Positions 25,048-32,000 of a DNA stretch of 32,000 nucleotides are shown here, in pieces. A model generated the notes under the pieces. The model ran no database searches, was not told the DNA's origin, and saw only the letters and a list, made by a program, of their open reading frames with translations. The DNA is taken from NCBI RefSeq assembly GCF_003231495.1, contig NZ_PQWO01000009.1, positions 90,001 through 122,000 of the forward strand. The letters are read 5' to 3'. The position numbers were made by a program, and so were the translations under genes. The DNA comes from Acaryochloris thomasi RCC1774. Lineage in GTDB: Bacteria; Cyanobacteriota; Cyanobacteriia; Thermosynechococcales; Thermosynechococcaceae. The number at the start of each line of letters is the position of its first letter. The first letter of the stretch is position 1.

Positions 25048-26225
25048 GGGCGATCTGACGCTAAAGCAATCGTGACGCGAACTTGCATATTCGTTAGGCC
25101 AGAGACCTTCTCATTATCGTCAGGATCAATACGAATGCTGACGTTGACAACCCTGGCATTATCATCAGTGGTGGGATTAGTCTCATCTGCCGCAATGGTG
25201 GGCTGGCCAATCTGGAGAGCAACCGTTTCTATCTGCCCTTGAATCTCACCCGCAAAGCCACCATATTCACTAATCATCGTGGCCTGTTGACCTTCGCTCA
25301 CCTTGGCTAAATCCGTCTCATAGACCTCGGCCTGCACGTACATTTGCTGGGTGCGACCCAACTCAACAATCCCGAGCTGCGTGTTGACCTGCTCACCAAC
25401 CTTCGTATTAATCCGCAGAATCTGGCCCCCGATGGGCGCTCTGACCTGAGTGTCTTCTAGATCCGCTTGGCGCTGTTCCACCTCAATCAAAGCCTGCTGT
25501 AGTTCAGCTTGGGCAATGGAAACATCGACGGGGCGCACCTGCTGCAGATCGGCGAGTCGAGCCTTTTCTTCTCTGATTTGAGCATTGAGCGTCGTGTCGA
25601 TTTTCTCTAGGGCAGCCTGTCGAGCGGCCACGGTCGCCTGAGCCGTTTCAAAATCCTGTCGGGCTGCTTCCAGCTCTGCTTTGTTAATGGCTCCTTCTTG
25701 CAAAAGCATCTGGCGTCGCCCGTAGGCTAAAGAGGCTTCTTGAAGCGTTGATTGGGCACTGGCAAGCTCTGCCTGTAGCTGTTTGCGCTCTGCCGGAAGC
25801 TGCACGTTAAGTCGTTCAATAACGGCCTGCTGAGCTGAGATCGCCCCCGGTTTTGCATCTGTCTGCTTTGCTTTCTTTAATCGGGCCTGCAGAAGTGAGA
25901 CGTTGGCGCGAGCAGCCTTGAGGTCTGCTAAACGACGGTCAGCCCCCTGCAGGATAGCAATCACCTGATTGGCCTGGACGCGATCTCCTTCTTTCACCAT
26001 AATCCGGTTAACGCGGCTGTCTTCAGCATTGGGAACAGAGAGCTTAATCACATCCCACTGAGGAATAATCTTGCCCCGCGCTACAACTGCTGTAGGAGCT
26101 TTGACCTCTTGGGCCTTAGTGGGCGGCTCTTTGAGTTGACCACAGCTAAAGATAAGAGGACTTAAGCCAATGGTCAACAATCCGATGGCTTTGAGAGGGA
26201 TGGGTAAGAAGGACAAAGGCAACAT
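25044..26225 (-). CDS. devB: DevB-family HlyD-type membrane fusion / periplasmic adaptor protein
   Basis: 393-aa ORF with an N-terminal anchor, a lipoyl-like segment (VARGKIIPQ...VKEGDRVQANQVIAIL), a long coiled-coil hairpin and a beta-barrel C-terminus. Confidence 0.85.
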   Translation of the reverse strand: MLPLSFLPIPLKAIGLLTIGLSPLIFSCGQLKEPPTKAQEVKAPTAVVARGKIIPQWDVIKLSVPNAEDSRVNRIMVKEGDRVQANQVIAILQGADRRLADLKAARANVSLLQARLKKAKQTDAKPGAISAQQAVIERLNVQLPAERKQLQAELASAQSTLQEASLAYGRRQMLLQEGAINKAELEAARQDFETAQATVAARQAALEKIDTTLNAQIREEKARLADLQQVRPVDVSIAQAELQQALIEVEQRQADLEDTQVRAPIGGQILRINTKVGEQVNTQLGIVELGRTQQMYVQAEVYETDLAKVSEGQQATMISEYGGFAGEIQGQIETVALQIGQPTIAADETNPTTDDNARVVNVSIRIDPDDNEKVSGLTNMQVRVTIALASDRP

Positions 26226-26226
26226 G

Positions 26227-27003
26227 CTAATGTTTCAGACCCTCGGGGCACAGGGCTTGGGCACAAAGTTCAGCAAGCGGTGGTTCAGCTCCCTGTAGGA
26301 AAAAGTGGTCGCCAGGAAACATGCGGAGGTTGAATTGTTCGCTGGTTTCAATCTGCCAATCCTCCAGCGTTGCAGGAGGTGCAACCGAATCGGCGAAGCT
26401 GCCTAGTGCAGTAATGGGAAAGGGAAGAGGAGCTTGAGGGTGGTACTCGTATGTTTCTAGTAGCTTAAAGTCTGCTCGAAGCGTAGGCAATAGAATCTGC
26501 ATGAGTTCTGGATGCTGTAGTATTGCTTCTGGCGTCCCTGCATAATGACGAAGTTCAGCAATAAATTGTTCGTCAGATACAGTGTGAATGGCGGGAGCCG
26601 TTGGCGGCAGGCTGGGGGCAGAGCGACCTGAGACGAAGAGGTGTTGCGGTAGAGGGGACTGATGCGATCGCAACCACCGCGCTAACTCAAAACTAATCAA
26701 AGCCCCCATACTGTGCCCAAAGAAAGCAAAAGGCCGATTTAAGTGGGGCAAAAGTGCTGCGCCTAGGTCTGCAATGAGGGACGGTAGAGTTTGGAACGGA
26801 CTTTCATTAAACCGCTGTCCTCGCCCCGGCAGTTCAACAGGACAAAGCTGGATTTGAGGTGATAAATGAGTCTGCCAGGATCGATACATTGCAGAACTTC
26901 CCCCGGCATAGGGGAAGCAAAAGAGATGAGCAACTCCTGGGCGGAGCATTTCAGGAAACCAGGGCTGCAGCTTCTTCGGTTCTGCTTTAATCATGGTTGT
27001 CAT
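26227..27003 (-). CDS. Type II thioesterase (NRPS/PKS editing TE)
   Basis: 258-aa ORF with LFCFPYAGGSSAMYRSW, the GHSMGA nucleophile elbow and a C-terminal FPGDHFF. Confidence 0.9.
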   Translation of the reverse strand: MTTMIKAEPKKLQPWFPEMLRPGVAHLFCFPYAGGSSAMYRSWQTHLSPQIQLCPVELPGRGQRFNESPFQTLPSLIADLGAALLPHLNRPFAFFGHSMGALISFELARWLRSHQSPLPQHLFVSGRSAPSLPPTAPAIHTVSDEQFIAELRHYAGTPEAILQHPELMQILLPTLRADFKLLETYEYHPQAPLPFPITALGSFADSVAPPATLEDWQIETSEQFNLRMFPGDHFFLQGAEPPLAELCAQALCPEGLKH

Positions 27004-27134
27004 GGGGTTTTTGGGAGATGCCTACATAGAATCGGATGTCTTTATCGTTGAGTTTTTGCTGTTTGTGCAGGCTAAGATAAAAAGGCCATACCACGGTACT
27101 TTGCAAGCGGTGTTGATTAACGGAGCAGCTACAC

Positions 27135-27401
27135 ATGCCTCAAGCGACTGTCAGTCAAGAAGAGTTTGGTGCAATTAGAGAGAACGTTCGCCATAACGAG
27201 AAAGCCATTGATGAGGTAAAAGTTGACCTCAAAGCATTCCGAGCTGAAACACAGGCGGAATTTAAAGACGTTCGAGAAGAACTCAAATCCCTCTCTGATA
27301 AAGTCGATGCCCTGGCACAGAGATTCGATGGATTAGGCTGGAAAGCATTACTTGGAATTGTGATCATTGTTGCGGCTAACGTTGCACTTAAGTATTTGTA
27401 G
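27135..27401 (+). CDS. Small tail-anchored coiled-coil protein, function unknown
   Basis: 88-aa ORF with GGAG 9 nt upstream of the ATG. It has an amphipathic, charged coiled-coil-like N-part and a single C-terminal TM (WKALLGIVIIVAANVALKYL). It is the only plus-strand gene inside the minus-strand NRPS locus. Confidence 0.5.
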   Translation: MPQATVSQEEFGAIRENVRHNEKAIDEVKVDLKAFRAETQAEFKDVREELKSLSDKVDALAQRFDGLGWKALLGIVIIVAANVALKYL

Positions 27402-27413
27402 ACTGAAATTACA

Positions 27414-27671
27414 CTACTGAATAGATCGCTCAGAGGTCTGAGCTTTCATTTTTTTCCGCAGGCTCAAAGGGCGCATATCGGTCCAGGTTTTTTCGATATG
27501 GTCGAGACAGGCTTGTTTATTGCCGCTGAAGCCTGCATCTTTCCAGCCCAGAGCGTTTTCTCGCTCTTCGGGCCAAATTGAATATTGTTCTTCATGGTTA
27601 ATGACAACCTTATAGCGTTGAGTCTCGTTGGCTTCCTCTGAATACATGAAACGTTCCTTGGTGTACATCAA
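27414..27671 (-). CDS. mbtH: MbtH-like protein
   Basis: Signature motifs are present: [10 protein letters not shown]...GW...G....[17 protein letters not shown]. The true start may be the ATG at 27668, or the ATG at 27647, which has an AAGGAA Shine-Dalgarno-like sequence upstream. Confidence 0.9.
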   Translation of the reverse strand: MMYTKERFMYSEEANETQRYKVVINHEEQYSIWPEERENALGWKDAGFSGNKQACLDHIEKTWTDMRPLSLRKKMKAQTSERSIQ

Positions 27672-27714
27672 TAGGTGATCAAAATGTGCAAAATCATCTG
27701 ATTTGATAGGCGAA

Positions 27715-30700
27715 TTAGGACAACTGAGGCGTTAGCAGATCGAGAGTTGCCTCAGGCGACTGGCAATGCACAATTAACGTTTCCAATTGCTGAAGATAAT
27801 TTTGAGCTAGCCTCTCAACGGTATGACTACAATAAAGCCGGTCGCTGTAGCGCCATTGCAACATGAGCTGACCCGATTGAACAATGCCGCTGATATCAAG
27901 GAGATACATGCGCCGACTCGACGACGCATGACCTCGCCCAGGGAGGAAGGGAGCGGCTGCCAATGTATCGGTTTCAGAGAGAAGAGGATCCGTTTGTCCG
28001 AGATAGTTGAATCGAACTTGTGCAGGGGGCAGAGCTTGAAACTGCCGATGGATTTGGGCATCTGCACAGAGATAGCGCAGCAGCCCAAACCCCAGTCCCT
28101 GCTGTGGCAATTGCCTGAGCGTTGTTCTTACCTCTTGGATGGAGGCTCCTAAATCATCAGGTGTATTGAGACTGAAGGTGATTGGGTAAAGCGTCGTGAA
28201 CCAACCTATCGTTCGAGAGACATCCAAATCAGAGAATATATCTTGACGACCATGTCCTTCTAAATCTAGGCGGAGGTGAGAGTGGCCCGTCCATTGCCCA
28301 AGGGTCAGCACCAGCGCCGTTAGGAGTAAGTCGTTAATCTGAGTTTGATAGGTTGCCGGTGCCTTATTGAGTAGGGCTTGGGTCAATTCTGCTGAGAGAG
28401 AACACGCTTGGGTGCATTGATGAGATAAATCGGTATCTACCTGGTCAAAATCCTGAGATAGTGGAGGAGAAGGGAGTGGGTTTAGCCAATAACCGAGTTC
28501 CTGCCGTAGCGCTGAAGATTGTGCATAGTCCTGAAGGCGAGTGGCCCAGGTCTGGAATGACGTGGTTTTTGGCGGCAGACTAATCGGCTGCCCTTGCTGA
28601 AGCTGTTGATAGAGGCGGAGTAAATCCTCTAGAAAAATGCGCCAAGAGACCCCATCAATAATCAGGTGATGGCAAACCAAAAGCAAATACTCTGGGTATT
28701 GAGGGCCAAGCTTGAACAGGACCGCTCGAATTAATGGCCCTTTGGTGATGTCAAGACTAGCCTGGATTTTGCTGGCCTGATCGCTCAAGGTGGGGCCGTG
28801 CTCTTCTGGGGGTAAGTCAGGGAGTTCCACCACCGACAAAATTGGCTTAAGAGACGCTGCTCTGATCTCCTGTTGCCACCCTTCACTGGTCAGCGTATAG
28901 CTGGCTCGTAACCCATCATGGTGCGTCAGGACTGTATCGAGTGAGGTCTCTAGATGTTGAATGACTAACGGCTGATCACTCTGTAAGAAAGTGGCCTGGT
29001 TCCAATGGTGCAGATCGGGGTTCTGTTGGGCCAAGAACCAATGCTGAATGGGGGTAAAGGGAACGGCTCCTGTCACAAGTCCCTGCTCGGCGGTAATCTC
29101 AACGGTGGTCTCTACGACCGTTGCTAATTCAGCAATGGTGGGATTTTCAAAGAGCTGCTTGGGGGTAAACCTCAGGCCCAGTTGGGTGGCGCGGCCTACC
29201 ATTTGTATGCAGAGGATGGAGTCTCCGCCAAGCTCAAAGAAGTTATCGTGAATGCTGATCGAGTCTTGCCCTAAGACCTGGCTCCACAACTGCGCGAGGG
29301 TTTGTTCTTCTTTGGTACGGGGAGCTGTGAACTCTTGCGTTTCGGAGGCGATGGGTTGAGTTGCTAGGGTGTTGCGATCGCACTTTCCATTCGCCAATTT
29401 CGGCAGCGTTCTGACGACGGCTATCTGCGTTGGTATCATCTGCTCCGGGAGCTGATTCTGTAGATAGAGTCTCAGATTTGCACTGGTTGCCCCCGGCCAA
29501 ACCTGCGGAACGACGTAGGCCACTAACTGAGTATGGCCCTGTTCATGGGCGGTTAAAACCACTGCGGCCTCTTGAATCTGTTCATGATTGAGCAGCACCG
29601 CTTCAATCTCAGCGACCTCCACCCGAAAGCCCCGAACCTTGACCTGCAGATCCTGTCGCCCCAAAAATTCGATGGAGCCGTCGTAGCTGTAGCGAGCGCG
29701 GTCGCCAGTGCAGTAGAGCCTTGCCCCCGGTTGCTCACTAAAAGGATCAGGGATAAATGCTGTGGCGGTCAGTTGAGGCTGCTGCCAATAGCCTCGGGTT
29801 ACGCCTTGCCCGCCGATATAAAGCGTTCCAGCAATGCCCGGAGGGAGCGGCTGGAGTTCTTGATCTAAGACGTAGGCTTGGGTGTTGGCGAGGGGACGCC
29901 CCAACGGCATCGTCAAAGTATCACGGGGGTGATCGTCTTCAATGTGGGTGAGAACGCCGACGGTGGTTTCAGTGGGGCCGTAGTGATTGAGAATCTGGCA
30001 GTTCGGTGACAGCGCATGAATCTGATCCACCAGACGCCAGTTCAGAGCTTCGCCGCCTAAAATGATTTGCTGATGGGGGAGAACGGGCTGTGATCCGGCC
30101 AAGAGACTCCTTAGATGAGCAGGGACAATTTTCAAAACGTCAATGTCCTGGATATCTTCGGCAAAGGTCACGGCATCTAAGCAGCGTTCGGGGGCCAGAA
30201 TATGCAGGCTGTGACCGTGGCAAAGGCAGGGAAACAAGATGGTATGGCCTAAGTCAGCGGCTAAGGTAGAAGCTAATCCCCAATGTCCGGCCTTGGGACT
30301 GTTGATGCGTTCAGAAATACCGTGGATGTAATTTGTGAGCTGGCGATGTTCAACGCCGACGCCCTTGGGTTGCCCCGTGGAACCGGAGGTGAACATGATG
30401 TAGGCCAGATTCTCTGCTGTTGCGCTGGTGTTTGGAGGTGTGGTGGGTTGCTCTGCCAGGGAGGCAATATCTTGATCAAGATAGAAAACGGGTGTGTTTG
30501 GGGGGATGCGATGGTCGACCACCGGCCTTAGGCCATCGCAAAACTGTTCCAGCGTCAGAATCAATGTCGGCTCCACAATCTCAATGCGCTGCTGAAGGGC
30601 CACTGCCGGAACCCCAGCATCGACAGGGACATAGGCCGCTCCTGCTTTTAAGATGCTGAAGATGGCGATGATTAGATCCGCGTTGCGATCGCCATACACG

Positions 30701-32000
30701 ATCACCCGATGTTCAGGGCCAATCCCAAGACTTTGCAAATAGTGGGCGAGCTGGTTCGATCGTTCGTCGAGTTGCTGATAGGTCAACTGCTGGGCAACAT
30801 CGACAAGCGCAGTTTGATTGGGGGTCAATGCAGCCTGGGATGCAAACCAGTCATGGACCGTTGGAAAAGGTGCAGGTGATGTCTGGGATGAATGCTTCGG
30901 GATTAGACCTGGTAAGGTCAAATGTTCCACGGCTTGATTAGGTGTTGCGATCGCAACGTCTAGAAGCGCCTCAAACAAGACGGCAATTTGCTCAATGCCT
31001 TGCTCTGTGAACTGCTGCAAATCGTTATGCCATTCTAGATACAGAGCCTCACCCTGCTGAATACAGTGAAGCTGAAGCTCAAAGGGATGGAGGTAGCTGG
31101 CCTGCAAGAGCGGCTGCAACGATAGCTCAGAGGTCTTGATTTCAGTGGGCCATTGCGTGTACTCAAAACTGATGCGAGGTAGAGAATCACCAGGACTGAA
31201 ATATTCTTGGTACTGCTTTAGTTCTTGAGTGCGGCTTTCAACATCCTTAAGCACATGAGTAAAAGACTGTCCGGCGGTGAGATTGATCTGCACAGGTAAC
31301 GCTTTGGCAATCAAACCTGCAACTTCTTCTAGTTCTGCGTACTTCCGCCCATCTAAGATAAGGGCTAGTTTGAAGTCGGCGGCATCGGTTAACCGCGAGA
31401 TCAAGAGCTGAAAGGTGGCAAGGTAGATGCTCCGAGTAGAAATTCCTTGATTCTGGACGAACTGAGTGACCTTAGCTACGATATGCGGGGCTAAGGTACG
31501 CGAAATGCATTGAGGGGTAAACCCCACTTCTCTGGATGGCTGGATGGCGAAGGGTAATTTAAGACTCTTAGCCGGGGATTGCCTCTCCCAATACTGACGG
31601 CCTGCAGCAGTCTCTTCTGATTCTAGTAACTCGTTTTGCCATTCCGCGAGGTCTGCATACTGCATGGGTTCGGTGGCTAGAGTCAATTGCTCACAGCCAT
31701 AGAGATCGGCTAATTCTTGGCTGAGCTGTTGCCAAGTTGCGGCATCTGTACACAGTGCGGGGAGTGCTAACACTAAGAAGGCTTGCTCGTGGTAGGGAAG
31801 CAATATGGCTTGCAAACAGGCTCCTGAAGAGAGATCGGGTAGAGCAGAGGGCCAAGTCTTTAAAAATTGATGCAGTTCTGTGCGATCGGTGGAGACGCCC
31901 TTCGCTTGCCAATGCTTTAGGGGCAGTGGGGTGACTTCTTCGATCACCATTAGCGGGACGTTCATGCCGTCCAAAGATTGAAAGCTGGTGTGCAGAATTT
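27715..32000 (-). CDS. Non-ribosomal peptide synthetase, 5'-partial in window: C-like(degenerate)-A-T-E
   Basis: The frame stays open to the window edge (..ILHTSFQSL upstream of the first listed codon, which resembles the C2 motif). The C-like domain covers approx. 30924-32000, with [11 protein letters not shown] (31732-31764) in place of HHxxxDG. The A domain covers approx. 29365-30867 ([66 protein letters not shown]). The PCP motif is FFELGGDSI with Ser at 29218-29220. The E domain covers 27718-29082 (PIQHWF, HHLIIDG at 28651-28671, [23 protein letters not shown]). Confidence 0.95.
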   Translation of the reverse strand, partial: ILHTSFQSLDGMNVPLMVIEEVTPLPLKHWQAKGVSTDRTELHQFLKTWPSALPDLSSGACLQAILLPYHEQAFLVLALPALCTDAATWQQLSQELADLYGCEQLTLATEPMQYADLAEWQNELLESEETAAGRQYWERQSPAKSLKLPFAIQPSREVGFTPQCISRTLAPHIVAKVTQFVQNQGISTRSIYLATFQLLISRLTDAADFKLALILDGRKYAELEEVAGLIAKALPVQINLTAGQSFTHVLKDVESRTQELKQYQEYFSPGDSLPRISFEYTQWPTEIKTSELSLQPLLQASYLHPFELQLHCIQQGEALYLEWHNDLQQFTEQGIEQIAVLFEALLDVAIATPNQAVEHLTLPGLIPKHSSQTSPAPFPTVHDWFASQAALTPNQTALVDVAQQLTYQQLDERSNQLAHYLQSLGIGPEHRVIVYGDRNADLIIAIFSILKAGAAYVPVDAGVPAVALQQRIEIVEPTLILTLEQFCDGLRPVVDHRIPPNTPVFYLDQDIASLAEQPTTPPNTSATAENLAYIMFTSGSTGQPKGVGVEHRQLTNYIHGISERINSPKAGHWGLASTLAADLGHTILFPCLCHGHSLHILAPERCLDAVTFAEDIQDIDVLKIVPAHLRSLLAGSQPVLPHQQIILGGEALNWRLVDQIHALSPNCQILNHYGPTETTVGVLTHIEDDHPRDTLTMPLGRPLANTQAYVLDQELQPLPPGIAGTLYIGGQGVTRGYWQQPQLTATAFIPDPFSEQPGARLYCTGDRARYSYDGSIEFLGRQDLQVKVRGFRVEVAEIEAVLLNHEQIQEAAVVLTAHEQGHTQLVAYVVPQVWPGATSANLRLYLQNQLPEQMIPTQIAVVRTLPKLANGKCDRNTLATQPIASETQEFTAPRTKEEQTLAQLWSQVLGQDSISIHDNFFELGGDSILCIQMVGRATQLGLRFTPKQLFENPTIAELATVVETTVEITAEQGLVTGAVPFTPIQHWFLAQQNPDLHHWNQATFLQSDQPLVIQHLETSLDTVLTHHDGLRASYTLTSEGWQQEIRAASLKPILSVVELPDLPPEEHGPTLSDQASKIQASLDITKGPLIRAVLFKLGPQYPEYLLLVCHHLIIDGVSWRIFLEDLLRLYQQLQQGQPISLPPKTTSFQTWATRLQDYAQSSALRQELGYWLNPLPSPPLSQDFDQVDTDLSHQCTQACSLSAELTQALLNKAPATYQTQINDLLLTALVLTLGQWTGHSHLRLDLEGHGRQDIFSDLDVSRTIGWFTTLYPITFSLNTPDDLGASIQEVRTTLRQLPQQGLGFGLLRYLCADAQIHRQFQALPPAQVRFNYLGQTDPLLSETDTLAAAPFLPGRGHASSSRRMYLLDISGIVQSGQLMLQWRYSDRLYCSHTVERLAQNYLQQLETLIVHCQSPEATLDLLTPQLS

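Noticed and set aside
25044-26225. DevB (HlyD family) as the missing T1SS adaptor for the two RTX proteins
   Set aside because: It is translationally coupled to a DevC FtsX-type permease rather than a HlyB-type ABC-C39 transporter. It also lies in the NRPS operon, about 5 kb from the nearer RTX gene on an unrelated transcription unit.
27718-29082. Terminal NRPS domain as a releasing condensation (CT) or TE domain
   Set aside because: The motif set ([29 protein letters not shown]), together with the GGDSI-type carrier motif before it, is diagnostic of epimerization domains. There is no GxSxG thioesterase motif.

Overview
This window looks like a cyanobacterial chromosome segment. By eye I count 13 copies of the HIP1 palindrome GCGATCGC. 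It also carries PEP-CTERM, DevBC, Uma2 and an AMIN-type TonB-dependent receptor. I support about 24 protein-coding genes and found no rRNA, tRNA or CRISPR.

The window has three parts.

(1) 32-11193 is an iron/siderophore uptake island. It holds two paralogous PchR-like AraC regulators, a TonB-dependent siderophore receptor, a FecB/FhuD-like binding lipoprotein and a histidine-phosphatase-fold lipoprotein preceded by a good Fur-box match. It also has exbB-exbD and a divergent, atypically organised TonB-like gene. A Uma2 endonuclease gene is interspersed.

(2) 11.2-20.7 kb has no HIP1 sites. It contains a decayed transposase remnant and an Apd1/Aim32-type (CX8C...HX3H) sucrase/ferredoxin-like protein. 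It also has a PiuC/YbiX Fe(II)/2OG oxygenase bracketed by two large RTX calcium-binding exoproteins. One RTX protein carries (GGE)n and (GEGGEA)n tracts. The other is a 1226-aa DUF4347 protein with 7 tandem 288-bp cadherin-like repeats.

(3) 20.7-32 kb holds a GT1 glycosyltransferase, a PEP-CTERM protein and a minus-strand NRPS locus. The NRPS is 5'-partial: a C-like domain lacking HHxxxDG, then A, T and E domains. It is followed by mbtH, a small opposite-strand tail-anchored coiled-coil gene, and a tightly packed TEII-devB-devC-VOC-HslV-like operon.

The most unusual point is that the DevBC exporter has no DevA ATPase. A VOC protein and an orphan proteasome/HslV-fold Ntn hydrolase with an N-terminal Ser sit in that position.

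All calls come from reading the supplied ORF translations and the DNA. No database search was run.
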